Source: an uncultured Actinomycetes bacterium
GTDB taxonomy: Bacteria > Actinomycetota > Thermoleophilia > Solirubrobacterales > Solirubrobacteraceae
Reading direction: 5' to 3'
NCBI GenBank assembly: GCA_963830405.1
Contig: CAWHMB010000004.1
Location: 317,940 to 381,939 of the forward strand
DNA length: 64,000 nucleotides
Shown here: piece after piece, positions 18,694-28,433 of the stretch
Layout: each line of letters opens with the position of its first letter
How positions within the stretch are numbered: position 1 is the first letter of the stretch
Notes under the pieces: model-generated
The model's input: the letters and a program-made list of their open reading frames with translations, nothing else
Databases searched by the model: none
What the model was told of the DNA's origin: nothing
Program-made: the position numbers and the translations under genes

Positions 18694-19665
18694 TCAAGTC
18701 GTGCCAGCTGACGCGTCGCCGGGCCTACGTGCGGCGGTGAGGGTAGCGCTCATCTTGATCGCCCTCACTGACCCGGTGGCGCCCGCTTGGAGTGTCACTC
18801 CGAGGGCCAGCAGGAAAATCCCTAGGACGAGAATGAGCGCGGTGCTCGATCCGAGCATCAGAATCCCGAGGCGTCCGAGCAAGTAGGGCGGGGTGCAAAC
18901 AGCCGCGCTCAAGGCGCCGATGACCGCGGTGGTGGCCAGCTTGTCGCGCCTTGACTGGTTCGGCGGCTTTACGCCGATCAAGCGCGACGGGATGGCCACG
19001 TAACAGACCATCATCACGCCGACGACGATCCCCAATGAAATCGTGAACCAGGGGCGTCCCCACCGGGTTACCACCGTCGTAGAGAACGCAAGCAGCAGCC
19101 CGACAATGGCGCCCGAGATCACGATCGGCTCCAGCTGTCGGCGGGCTTGCGCGACGGCGGGTCGGATGTCGGGGCGACCGGGTCGTGAGATCGCGAACGC
19201 GAACACTGCGTTGAGAAAGAAGCTTGCGACGGTAACCGCGACGATCAGCAGAACGAATGGGATGAGCCCCGGGCCTCGTAGCACGTTGAAGGATCTGCCG
19301 TGCAGGAGGTGCGCCTTGAGGTCGAGTATCGCCAGCCAGATCCACATCGCCGGGAGGATCTGCACCAGCGTGAGCCGCCAGTTGGAGACCAGCAGCCTGA
19401 GCCCGTTGAACAGCATCACAAACGCGGCTACGAGAAATGCGAGTGGGGCGAAGACGCGCCGCGATTGGCTCAGACGCAGGATCGCCTCCTCGATCTTCTT
19501 CTCGTCGTTGGCCTGGATCGCCTCCACCAGCGAGGGGATGCGATCTGAGAGGATCGCCCAGCGTCGACCGAGCCTCCCCGTCGAGGGCTCGGCAGAGGAC
19601 GCTGCAGGATCGGGACCGTCCGGCTCGTTCCGTGGTGGTTGGCTCCACGCGGGAAAGCCGGTCAT
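18694..19665 (-). CDS. hypothetical multi-pass membrane protein
   Basis: 323-aa ORF with about 7 hydrophobic segments. Confidence 0.65.
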   Translation of the reverse strand: MTGFPAWSQPPRNEPDGPDPAASSAEPSTGRLGRRWAILSDRIPSLVEAIQANDEKKIEEAILRLSQSRRVFAPLAFLVAAFVMLFNGLRLLVSNWRLTLVQILPAMWIWLAILDLKAHLLHGRSFNVLRGPGLIPFVLLIVAVTVASFFLNAVFAFAISRPGRPDIRPAVAQARRQLEPIVISGAIVGLLLAFSTTVVTRWGRPWFTISLGIVVGVMMVCYVAIPSRLIGVKPPNQSRRDKLATTAVIGALSAAVCTPPYLLGRLGILMLGSSTALILVLGIFLLALGVTLQAGATGSVRAIKMSATLTAARRPGDASAGTT

Positions 19666-19748
19666 GGTGGAGTCAGGGCCCGCCGACCTGATGCAACTGA
19701 CATCCGTAGGACGTGAGAATCGGGCCCTAGCAGGGATGCGACCCGGCC

Positions 19749-20762
19749 CTATCGGCGGTTGGAGATGACTGCGGTGGAGATCACCAGTGAGAGGGCGACG
19801 AGCGCGCCGAGCGCGGCGACCCAGCTGAACCCGGTGGTGTTCTTGACGTGATTGGCAACCGCGACGAACGCGATCGGGATCGCTACCGAAAGGAAGAGCA
19901 GGCCCGTGCGGAGGATCGCGCGCTTGTCGTGCCCCCGGTCACGTCGCTTATCGGCGGCGGCGATCGCGGCGTCGACGGTCTCCTCCTCGCCGTCGTAGAA
20001 GACCAGCGCCCGCCGCCCGAGCTGGCGCGCATGCGTCTCGCAACCCCAGGCCATCAAGACCATGAAGGTGAACGGCACCACCCAGGTGGTGATCCAGATC
20101 CCGATGCCCAGCAGTACGCTGAACACCGCCCTGAGCCGCTCAAGCCACCCTTGCTTGGGCGGCTTGGCCGACGAAGGAGACATGAACCCGCCGAACACCA
20201 GCAGCAGGTACGCGCTGTGAACCCACATGCGCAGCGACCGCCGATGCTCCGGCCGGTCGGGCAGCCTCTTCTCCCGGACCGTGGTGAGCGCGGCCTGCGC
20301 GGTCTCGACGCTCGGGTGCACGCCGCGCAGCGCGAGCATCTCGGCCGCCGTCCGCAAACTCCCCGGGTCGCGGCCGTACAGCGCCGCAATACGCAGCGTC
20401 ATCCGCATCTCCTGCAACAGGTACATGAGATAGCCGGGCACCAGCGCGATGAAGAACGGCGTACCGGAGATCGCACCATCAATACGCGCGACCTGCGCCG
20501 ACTGCACACGCAACTCCTCAGAAAGCACCGCCACCGGAATATCGGGGCGAGCCGTCCGCGCAGAGTCAGCCCACCTCCGTGACTCATCTCGATGACGATC
20601 AGTCACATACAGAGTGAGCCGCTCGGCGACGTGCTCGGGATCCCGATACACGATCCGCACAAGCTCGCGCGAGCCGGAGAACACCCGGCGGATCCGGCTC
20701 CTCGGGCGCGGGGCCTCGCTTGGCTGGGCATGGCCCGATGTGGGCTCGTCAGCTGACGCCAC
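19749..20762 (-). CDS. membrane protein with weak EcsC-like segment
   Basis: YLLQEMRMTLRIAALYGRDP segment plus C-terminal TMs; start inferred. Confidence 0.55.
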   Translation of the reverse strand: MASADEPTSGHAQPSEAPRPRSRIRRVFSGSRELVRIVYRDPEHVAERLTLYVTDRHRDESRRWADSARTARPDIPVAVLSEELRVQSAQVARIDGAISGTPFFIALVPGYLMYLLQEMRMTLRIAALYGRDPGSLRTAAEMLALRGVHPSVETAQAALTTVREKRLPDRPEHRRSLRMWVHSAYLLLVFGGFMSPSSAKPPKQGWLERLRAVFSVLLGIGIWITTWVVPFTFMVLMAWGCETHARQLGRRALVFYDGEEETVDAAIAAADKRRDRGHDKRAILRTGLLFLSVAIPIAFVAVANHVKNTTGFSWVAALGALVALSLVISTAVISNRR

Positions 20763-21258
20763 CGGGTGACCTTGGCAATCCGGGCTGACCGAGTTGTGTT
20801 TCAATCCTCGCCAGTCGTGCGCTGATCTCCTCAAGCCGCTGCTCCTCGTCCGCGTCAGACTGCGCGACAAACCGTCGGCGGCTGCTCTCCACTAGCGATG
20901 CCGTGACCGAGGCCGTGATGACGGCGAGAAAGCCGATTCCGGCGAGCATCACAACGGCGGCGATGAATCGCCCGTTCGACTGCTTGGGCGTGACGTCCCC
21001 GTAGCCGACCGTCGTCACTGTCTGCAGCGCGAACCACAGCCCCTTGCCGATCGTGGGGTACTCCCGATGGTCGACGACCCGTTCGAGGATCCCGCCCGCA
21101 ACCGTGATCAGCACCGTAAATGCGGCGATGATGACCGCCGCCCGGCGCGCCGTCAGCGACTCGCGCAGCAGCAACCGGGCCGTGAGCGGAACCTTGGCCG
21201 GTCGATCACCAGAATCGTTAGGCGCATCCGCAGACGGGCGATCCTCAGGCTCGGGCAA
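20749..21258 (-). CDS. KcsA-like two-TM K+ channel
   Basis: LWFALQTVTTVGYGDVTP canonical selectivity filter. Confidence 0.9.
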   Translation of the reverse strand: MPEPEDRPSADAPNDSGDRPAKVPLTARLLLRESLTARRAAVIIAAFTVLITVAGGILERVVDHREYPTIGKGLWFALQTVTTVGYGDVTPKQSNGRFIAAVVMLAGIGFLAVITASVTASLVESSRRRFVAQSDADEEQRLEEISARLARIETQLGQPGLPRSPGGVS

Positions 21259-21412
21259 CGAAGACCATCCCTGCCGATCAGGCGGCCGCGAGAAACCGAC
21301 GCGCCGGATCGCGCCTTGGTCGGCGCGGCGTCGGTGGCCGCATCCTCGGTGGACGCATAGGCGGTCGCAACGCGGCCTCCGGGGCCGCCAGCATCGCCCA
21401 CAACATCACTCT

Positions 21413-21754
21413 TTAGCGCCCCGCGATCTCATCGATGCAGACCGTCGCGGCAAGGATCAGCGCGTCATTCTCGCCGGGTGCAACCTCGATCCCATACGTG
21501 TCGCGGACGCGGAGCTTCTTCTCCTGAATCTTGAACAGCTTCTCGCCCGACGGAGTCTCGAGAACGAACATACTCCCGATGCGAAGTGCCTTGCCATCGA
21601 CCTTGAACGCGCGCCGACCGTCCTCCGTCTCGATCCAGAAGTCATCACCGATCGCGAAGATCTTCTCCCGCATCTGGCAGCGCGCCGCCGAGTCCGTCGT
21701 GTCGTCGCAACATGGCATGTCCTTCTCCATTCCGGTGGCATCCCGGCGCACCAT
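21413..21754 (-). pseudogene. LURP-one/scramblase-like protein, apparently internally deleted
   Basis: MREKIFAIGDDFWIE...FKVDGKALR...IQEKKLRVRDTYGIEVAPGENDALILAATVCID; shorter than I recall for the family. Confidence 0.65.
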
Positions 21755-21826
21755 CCGGTTAGTCGGCCAAATGAGGGCTCCGCTTGTTTCCTGGCCGCAG
21801 CGTCCGTGTCATCGTGCGGCTCGTCA

Positions 21827-21843
21827 TCATCCCAATCGGGTGA
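21827..21843. promoter_or_regulatory. palindromic operator-like motif (exact)
   Basis: (CA)TCATCC-CAATC-GGGTGA. Confidence 0.75.
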
Positions 21844-22277
21844 TCGCGGCCCTTCTCCGAGCGCAAACCGAGTGTCTCGGAATCATCGTTGCGGCAGGTT
21901 CTTCTCGGCGCCGGCCGGCGTGGGACTGCTGGTTGGCGAACAACGCGGAAGCGCTAGCCTAGGCCGAATTGCGCCAGCCGTGGATACTCGGACGCACGAC
22001 GTTTGAGTGCTCGGCAGCGCGATTGGTCAGGAGGCGTCGAGCGGTGCTGGTTGGTGATCGTCTCAGCCCATCGAGCAAGCGTCGGAGCAAGTGAGGCCGC
22101 GCATACTCGAGTGTGACATTCCGAATGCGCCTTCTCCAGTCCACCGTTACGCGTACAGATTGGCTGCCATAAAGCGGGAGTCGCGCTTAACCAATCGTGA
22201 TGTCGTTCATTCTGCCGAGGAGCGCACGGCGCCGTGCGCGACGGGTCCAGCCACAACGTCTGATTGACGCGGGTTGA

Positions 22278-22655
22278 TCAAAGGGCGTGCAGCACGGACA
22301 CCAGCGCGGCGACAAGGGCGACGGCAACGAGCACGGCCGCGACTGTCACCGTCGCCAACAGAGCGACCCAAGCGCGTCGGGTCCAACGCCCGAGTCGCGT
22401 GCGGGCCAGGACCAGACCGGCGGACAGGAGGCTTCCGAGCGGCGCGCCACGCTGTGCGACGAGCGCCGCGCCGACGCGCTGCTCCCAGCGGACCGTCATC
22501 CGCGCAGCCTCCCGGCGGGCGCTCATCCGGTACCAGGGCAGGCGTCGGCTTCGCGCCCGCCAGTATCCAAGCGCCTCGACGCCATCGTCCAGATCCGGAG
22601 GCGCCAGCAGGAATCGCTGCAGCTGCTCGTCGGCGAATCGCGATCCGGTTCCCAT
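22278..22655 (-). CDS. hypothetical protein with C-terminal TM
   Basis: 125-aa ORF with hydrophobic tail. Confidence 0.45.
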   Translation of the reverse strand: MGTGSRFADEQLQRFLLAPPDLDDGVEALGYWRARSRRLPWYRMSARREAARMTVRWEQRVGAALVAQRGAPLGSLLSAGLVLARTRLGRWTRRAWVALLATVTVAAVLVAVALVAALVSVLHAL

Positions 22656-22844
22656 GCATTTGATTCAAGCAGATGGCTCTCGTGAGGCCGGCACGCTCGG
22701 CACGCTCCTCGCGAGCCAGATCGACGGTCTCCGTCAGAGCTCAGACGCCTGACTGGACGATCGCCAGCTTCGGTTATTGCTTCACGAGGCCACTGCCGCC
22801 GAGGATCGCAAGGAGGCTGCCGAGGGCCGGGTGCCCGCTGGGCG

Positions 22845-23062
22845 TCAGGACCGACCGGCGGCCGCCAGCGCGTCGCTCAGCTGCTCCTCTGTCTCATTGT
22901 CCAGCGAGGTCTGGATGAATTGTCCAGCGAGGTCTGGATGACCTTGCCCTGAATCTCGATCTCCGGTAGCACCTCGTCCAGCGTGATGCGGCGGACGAGC
23001 ATGATCACGGCGGCCTCGGCCTCGGAAGAGGGAGTGGACCCTTCCACCTGAGGCTGTCGCAC
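22845..23062 (-). pseudogene. DUF1269 C-terminal remnant broken by a 23-bp duplication
   Basis: Removing one repeat unit gives AVIMLVRRITLDEVLPEIEIQGKVIQTSLDNETEEQLSDAL, resembling ALFVVVEQATPDKAIAALQQYGGTVIKTSLSEDDTKKLQEAL. Confidence 0.6.
22896..22941. repeat. perfect 23-bp tandem duplication
   Basis: attgtccagcgaggtctggatga x2. Confidence 0.95.
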
Positions 23063-23091
23063 GCGGCTGGCACGATCGCACCGCGTCGGTC

Positions 23092-24552
23092 TCAGCCGAC
23101 ATCCGTAGCGAGGTCGGCTTCCTCCAGATGCTGTTCTTCGCGCTCCGTGGCGGGTATGTCCAGCTCGCGTGCGGCCTGGATCGCGGCGCGCCCGAGAGCG
23201 TTGGCGTAGGTGGGGAACGAGAATGGTACGAGGGCGAGCTGCTCGACCGTCATCCCCGAAGCGATGGCGATCGCCGCCAGTTGAGCCAGTTCAACTGCAC
23301 GCTCCCCGACGATGTGGCAGCCGAGGATGCTGTGGAGTCTGCGGTCGGCGATCAGTTTGCAGAAGCCGACCGGGCGGCCGTCGATAATCGGCCGGGGCAT
23401 CGACTCGAACGATTGCGTCGCAACGATGATGTCGTGCGTCTCTTGGGCTGTCGTCTCGGTGAGCCCCACGGAGGCGTATTCGGGGTCGGTAAAGCTGCCG
23501 AGCGGACTCACCTCCGCCGGGAGCGAGGTCGTACTTCCGAGCACGGCGTTTGTTGCGGCGATGTACGCCTCACGCACCGCTTCGTGGACGACCATCACGT
23601 GCCCGGTTACGTCGCCGGCGGCGAAGATGTGTGGCGCCGTCGTGCGAAGTTCAGCGTCCACCCGGACATAGCCCCGCTGGTCTGTCTCCACTGCCGCCGC
23701 GGCAAGGTTGAGTTCGGCAGTGTCTGCAACCCAGCCGATCGCTGCGACCGCCACGGTCGCTTCAATCGCGCTTCGACCCTCGTTCTTCGAGTGGATCAGC
23801 CGTACGCCGGCGGGACAGGACTCGAAGCGCTCAATCGTCCCGGCATCCTCGAGGACGTGGACTCCGGATGCTTTGAGCGAGGCCTTGACCGTCGTCGCGA
23901 CGTCTCGGTCTTCGCTCATCAGGATCCGCGGCCCGGCCTCGAATAGGGTCACGCGCGAGCCGAAGGCGTCGAAGATCGAAGCGACCTGCACGCCGGTCGC
24001 CCCAGCGCCGATCACGAGCATCGACGGCGGGGCAGAGGAAAGGGCCCAGGCATCGCTGTGGGTGGAGGTCAGCTCGAAGCCGGGCAGTGGAAGTCGGCGT
24101 GACGCTCCGCCTGTGCAGATGATGATCTTCTCCGCACTGAGTTGTGGTCCGGGCTCGCTTTCAATGGTGTGGGGGCCGGTGAAGCGGGCCGGGCCGGCGT
24201 GCTCGTGAACCGCTACGCCGGACTGCCGGAGATCTTCGCGTAGCGCTGAATGCGTGCGCACGTCGCCGGTGACCTCTCGCACACGCTCGAGCAGCCTCGA
24301 GTAGTCGAGCGACGGTGCACCAGCGGTGATCCCGTACCGCGGGAGCTGTCTTGCTTCGCGTATCAGGCGTGCGGCCTGCGCGAGCGTACGGACGGGGACA
24401 GGCCCGTCGTTGGCAGCCATACCTCCGAAGGCGTCCCGGGTGACGAGCGCGGTTTGGGCTCCGAGTCGCGCGCAGCGAAGCGCCGCGACGACGCCGGCTG
24501 GCCCGGCGCCGATTACGAGGACGTCCAGCGTCTCACGGTCCGACGCAGCCAT
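23092..24552 (-). CDS. dihydrolipoamide dehydrogenase-family flavoprotein lacking the redox-active disulfide
   Basis: GAGPAG FAD motif, GAGATG NAD motif, AAGDV; active-site region GGMAANDGPVPVR has no Cys; C-terminal FPTY instead of HPT. Confidence 0.85.
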   Translation of the reverse strand: MAASDRETLDVLVIGAGPAGVVAALRCARLGAQTALVTRDAFGGMAANDGPVPVRTLAQAARLIREARQLPRYGITAGAPSLDYSRLLERVREVTGDVRTHSALREDLRQSGVAVHEHAGPARFTGPHTIESEPGPQLSAEKIIICTGGASRRLPLPGFELTSTHSDAWALSSAPPSMLVIGAGATGVQVASIFDAFGSRVTLFEAGPRILMSEDRDVATTVKASLKASGVHVLEDAGTIERFESCPAGVRLIHSKNEGRSAIEATVAVAAIGWVADTAELNLAAAAVETDQRGYVRVDAELRTTAPHIFAAGDVTGHVMVVHEAVREAYIAATNAVLGSTTSLPAEVSPLGSFTDPEYASVGLTETTAQETHDIIVATQSFESMPRPIIDGRPVGFCKLIADRRLHSILGCHIVGERAVELAQLAAIAIASGMTVEQLALVPFSFPTYANALGRAAIQAARELDIPATEREEQHLEEADLATDVG

Positions 24553-24586
24553 CCTTCGATGTTCCGCGCCGCAGCGGCCGTCGTCC

Positions 24587-24603
24587 TCGTCCGTTTCGGG
24601 TGA
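24587..24603. promoter_or_regulatory. palindromic operator-like motif (1 mismatch)
   Basis: TCGTCC-GTTTC-GGGTGA in 77-bp divergent gap. Confidence 0.65.
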
Positions 24604-24629
24604 AGCGATAATGTGAGAGCCTCAACGGC

Positions 24630-25676
24630 ATGCGAGCAATCACAGCTGTGCCAGGCGAGCGCGGAGCCGTGGGCGTCGAAGAGGTCCCCGAACCAGGGCA
24701 CGGGGACGGTGCTCTGCTGGTCCAGGGTCGCCTGATGGGCGTTTGCGGCACGGACCGCGAGATAGCCGAAGGTGAATACGGCGAGCCGCCGCCTGGCGAT
24801 ACGAAGCTGATCATCGGCCACGAAGGTCTCGGTGAGGTGCTCGAAGCACCGGCCGGATCAGGGTTTCAAGCGGGCGACCTGGTGGTGGGGATCGTGCGCC
24901 GTCCAGATCCGGTCCCGTGTCCGGCGTGTGCCGCGGGCGAGTGGGACATGTGTCGCAATGGCCAGTTCGCCGAGCGAGGGATCGTCCGCCGCCACGGATA
25001 CGGAAGCGAGCAGTGGCGCGTTGAACCGGAGTTCGCGCTGCCGATCCCCACTGGGCTCGACGAGCTTGGCGTGTTGCTGGAGCCGACCTCCGTATTGGCA
25101 AAGGCATGGGATCAAGTCGACCGGATCTCCCAGCGGGCTTTCTTCGTCCGCGGCCGCGCGCTGGTCACCGGTGCGGGTCCAATCGGGCTGCTGGCGTGCC
25201 TTTTGGGCGTACAGCGTGGCTACGAGGTGCATGTCGTCGACTTGGCCGTCGGAGGTCCCAAGCGCGATCTCGTCGAGACCCTCGGCGCGCACTATCACGC
25301 CGGCGATGCCGCGGATGTCGACGCGGATGTTGAGGTCGTGATCGAGTGCACCGGCCTTGGCTCGGTCGGACGCTCCGCCGGACAGAGGCTGGTCAGCGGC
25401 GGGATCATGTGCCTGACCGGGATCATGAACCTCGCCCCGCAGTTCGACACCGATGCGACCACGATGAATCGCAACGCGGTGCTGAGAAACCTGGTCCTCT
25501 TCGGTACGGTGAACGCAGGTCGCCGGCACTGGGAGCAAGCCGTCGATGCGCTGGCCACCGCCGATCCGGCATGGCTGGGCGGGATCATCACGCGGCGCGT
25601 CCCGCTCACTAACTGGGCCGCGGCGCTGGACCGGCAGCCTGACGACATCAAGGTCGTCGTGGATCTCGCCGCATGA
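24630..25676 (+). CDS. zinc-dependent glucose 1-dehydrogenase-like (MDR superfamily)
   Basis: GVCGTD, IGHEGLG, LLEPTS, GAGPIG, FGTVNAGRRH. Confidence 0.85.
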   Translation: MRAITAVPGERGAVGVEEVPEPGHGDGALLVQGRLMGVCGTDREIAEGEYGEPPPGDTKLIIGHEGLGEVLEAPAGSGFQAGDLVVGIVRRPDPVPCPACAAGEWDMCRNGQFAERGIVRRHGYGSEQWRVEPEFALPIPTGLDELGVLLEPTSVLAKAWDQVDRISQRAFFVRGRALVTGAGPIGLLACLLGVQRGYEVHVVDLAVGGPKRDLVETLGAHYHAGDAADVDADVEVVIECTGLGSVGRSAGQRLVSGGIMCLTGIMNLAPQFDTDATTMNRNAVLRNLVLFGTVNAGRRHWEQAVDALATADPAWLGGIITRRVPLTNWAAALDRQPDDIKVVVDLAA

Positions 25677-25689
25677 CCTACACCGATCA

Positions 25690-26095
25690 GGAAGCTTGCG
25701 CCCGCCGAGGCGACCAGCCCATACGCCCGCGGCCGCCCGGCCGGCTAGAAATTCGACGCCATCAACGCGACGATCGCCGGCAAGATCAACGCGGCACCAA
25801 CACCCTCCAGGAACGACCATCCGAACATCAGCACGGCGAGACTCTGGGAGATGGCGGTGATGAACGAACCGCAACCGTAGATCACACACCCGATCGCGAA
25901 CGCACGCTTACGACCCAGGATCTGACCGAGCTTCCCGCCCGTGATCATCAACGAAGCCATCACCAGCGTGAAGACCGTGATCGCGGTCTGAATCACGGCC
26001 ACCGTCGTACCCACATCCTTGGTGACCGTCGCGATCGACACGTTCATCACCGAGCTGTCGAGCGTCATCAAGAACTGGCCCGAGGCCAGCGTCAA
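25690..26095 (-). pseudogene. truncated MFS transporter (paralogue of 9027..10496)
   Basis: First about 4 TMs (GGKLGQILGRKR, EGVGAALILP), in-frame TAG at 25745, short continuation RPRAYGLVASAG, then similarity is lost. Confidence 0.8.
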
Positions 26096-26451
26096 TGCAC
26101 GACCCCGAAGCGCTCGCTGCCTGCCCGCTCCTGTCCATCACGCCGCGAACGTATCAAGCAAGCATCGCGGCGGTCCTGGCAATCCGAACCGGACCGACGG
26201 CGCCGGGTCCGCGAGGATGGCGGGCCCGGTCTGATAACCCACCGCACGCAGCCGCCCTGTTCCGCACCAACGGTGCACGGCCTTGCGAATCAGCGTCAGC
26301 TCGAGCCTTCCGCCCTCACTGCTCGCGACCCGGTTCCGAAGCGCGGTGATCTCGGCGAGCGTTTCGGGCGGCCAAAACCGAACGGCGGGGCCGTGGACAG
26401 CGCGCTTTCTGACAGATCCTATGGCCCCGTTTCGTCGTGCTTGGGGACGGG

Positions 26452-27534
26452 TTAGCGTACGTCGATGTAGATCACTTCGATCGCGTTGTTTCCGTAGCCG
26501 AGCCTGTTCCAGATCGGCACTTCGGGCTGCGCTCTTCCGGCCAAGTCTGTCGCGCGGGTGCGGAGGCTCTTGCGGCCGGCATCCTCCGGCACCCACTCGA
26601 ACGACCAGTTCTGCCACTGGTAGGGGCCTTTCGGGGTTTCGAGATGCGCGGGGAGCCACTCCGATTCGCCGGTGAGGCTGATGTCGACGTTGGTCACGGG
26701 GCCCGTGCCTGACCAGGCCTTCCCACGAACGACGTACGGCTCGCCGGCACGAATCGTGGCGCCGCGGCGAGGATCCGTAATGCGGGCGCGGGGCCGCATG
26801 AGGGTCACGCGTTCAGCCGGCCGATCGGCCCACTGGTACAGGTAGTGACCGCTTTCGAACTCGCCGACGAACGGCTGGGTGAGCACTTCGATCCGCTTGA
26901 GCCACTTCACCGAGGCGACCCCGTACCAATGCGGGACGATCAGGCGAAACGGCGACCCGTGATCGGGGTTGAGTGGCTCGCCGTTCATCTCGTAGGCGAT
27001 CAGAATCTCAGACGACGGATCCGCAGCGTGCACGAGCGTCAGTGACCGTTCGAAGGAGAGGTCGGATGCGTCGATGTCCTTGAGCACGGGGTTGAGGATG
27101 TACGACCCATGGTCTGCGCCGGCGAACAGCACCTCAACGCCGGTGTCGAGCGGCTTGGCATGCTCAAGCACGTCGTGCAGCAGCGCGCCCTTCCAGGTTG
27201 CTGTGGAGACCGCGTAATCGCCCCAGGGTTCGCCCGCGGGTAGGGGTCGCATCGCGAGGCGCCCGTTTCCGGCGCACTCGAGGGTGACTACCCGCTCGAT
27301 GGCGCGCATCGCTTTCAGATCGTCGAGCGTGAGCGTGTGGGGATGCCCGACCGCGCCGCCGATCTCGAGACGGCCGTCGTGGTCGGGAACGGGGAAGTTG
27401 CTGCGGACGTAGTGCAGCAGCGTCGGGGTGATGTCGGTTTCGAGGGCCTCGGGCGGCGCCTCAGCGTTGAACGGCTGGGGGTGGATCATCGTCAGTGCCG
27501 CACGTTCGTCTTCCTGATTGTCTGCCAGAGCCAC
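26452..27534 (-). CDS. sulfite oxidase-family molybdopterin oxidoreductase
   Basis: HYVRSNF, TLECAGNGR (Mo-ligating Cys), MNGEPL.PDHGSPFRL, SVKWL, GKAWSG; AGGAGG RBS before GTG. Confidence 0.9.
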   Translation of the reverse strand: MALADNQEDERAALTMIHPQPFNAEAPPEALETDITPTLLHYVRSNFPVPDHDGRLEIGGAVGHPHTLTLDDLKAMRAIERVVTLECAGNGRLAMRPLPAGEPWGDYAVSTATWKGALLHDVLEHAKPLDTGVEVLFAGADHGSYILNPVLKDIDASDLSFERSLTLVHAADPSSEILIAYEMNGEPLNPDHGSPFRLIVPHWYGVASVKWLKRIEVLTQPFVGEFESGHYLYQWADRPAERVTLMRPRARITDPRRGATIRAGEPYVVRGKAWSGTGPVTNVDISLTGESEWLPAHLETPKGPYQWQNWSFEWVPEDAGRKSLRTRATDLAGRAQPEVPIWNRLGYGNNAIEVIYIDVR

Positions 27535-27566
27535 GTGGCCTCCTGGGATGAGCGGAATGTCCCGGT

Positions 27567-28424
27567 CTAGTAGTCGGAGTCTTGGAAGGCGGGGTCTCGG
27601 TCTTCGTTGAATGCGCCGATGCCCTCGATCCGGTCTGGGTGGACCGCTGAGCGCCAATGCGCCTCCATCATGATGGCGATTGCCTGCTCGGTTGGTTGTC
27701 CGTGGCCGAGGCGTACCGCGCTTTTCACTGCCCGTACGGCGGTCGGTGAGTTGCTGGCGATCTTCTCGGCGATTCGGTAGGCCGCTTGCATCAGTTCCGA
27801 CTGCCGGTGGATCTCGTTCACCATGCCGAGGCGGTGCGCTTCCTGAGCCGTTATCGGATCGCCCGTCATCAGCATCTGCATCGCTTTCCCGGGCGGCAGG
27901 ACGCGCGGGAGGAAGACTGGCGATCCGCCGCCGGCGGACAGGCCGATCATGGCTTCGGGCTGGCCGAACATCGCGTTTTCTGAGGCGATGATGAAGTCGG
28001 TGCTCTGGGTGATCTCGGATCCACCACCGTAGGCAATGCCGTTGACGGCGGCGAAGATCGGCGTTCTCAGCTCCCGGAGCGTGTGCAGGGTGCGATCGAA
28101 GTCCTGGCGCTGGCGAAGCCAGTCCTCTTTGGTCATGCTCTTGCGCTGCCTGAGGTCGCTGCCGACAGAGAAGGCGCGGTTCCCCGCGCCGGTGATGATC
28201 GCCGCCCGCACGGCTGGGCGCACGGCGATAGTTTCCAGGATCTCGGTGAGCCGCGCACCCATCTCAGTGGTGATGGCGTTGTCGGCGTGTGGCCGGTTTA
28301 GGGTGATCACGGCGATCGCACCGTCGCCCGGGTAGTCGAGCAGCACTGGATCATGGGGTTCGTCGGCACTCGCAGCAGGCGGTCCGAAGTCGAGTGTCTT
28401 CCAACGGTCAGTGTTTGAAGCCAC
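27567..28424 (-). CDS. enoyl-CoA hydratase/crotonase family protein
   Basis: ITLNRP..DNA, AFSVGSDL, AVNGIAYGGGSE, FGQPEAMIG. Confidence 0.9.
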   Translation of the reverse strand: MASNTDRWKTLDFGPPAASADEPHDPVLLDYPGDGAIAVITLNRPHADNAITTEMGARLTEILETIAVRPAVRAAIITGAGNRAFSVGSDLRQRKSMTKEDWLRQRQDFDRTLHTLRELRTPIFAAVNGIAYGGGSEITQSTDFIIASENAMFGQPEAMIGLSAGGGSPVFLPRVLPPGKAMQMLMTGDPITAQEAHRLGMVNEIHRQSELMQAAYRIAEKIASNSPTAVRAVKSAVRLGHGQPTEQAIAIMMEAHWRSAVHPDRIEGIGAFNEDRDPAFQDSDY

Positions 28425-28433
28425 GCGTTTCTC

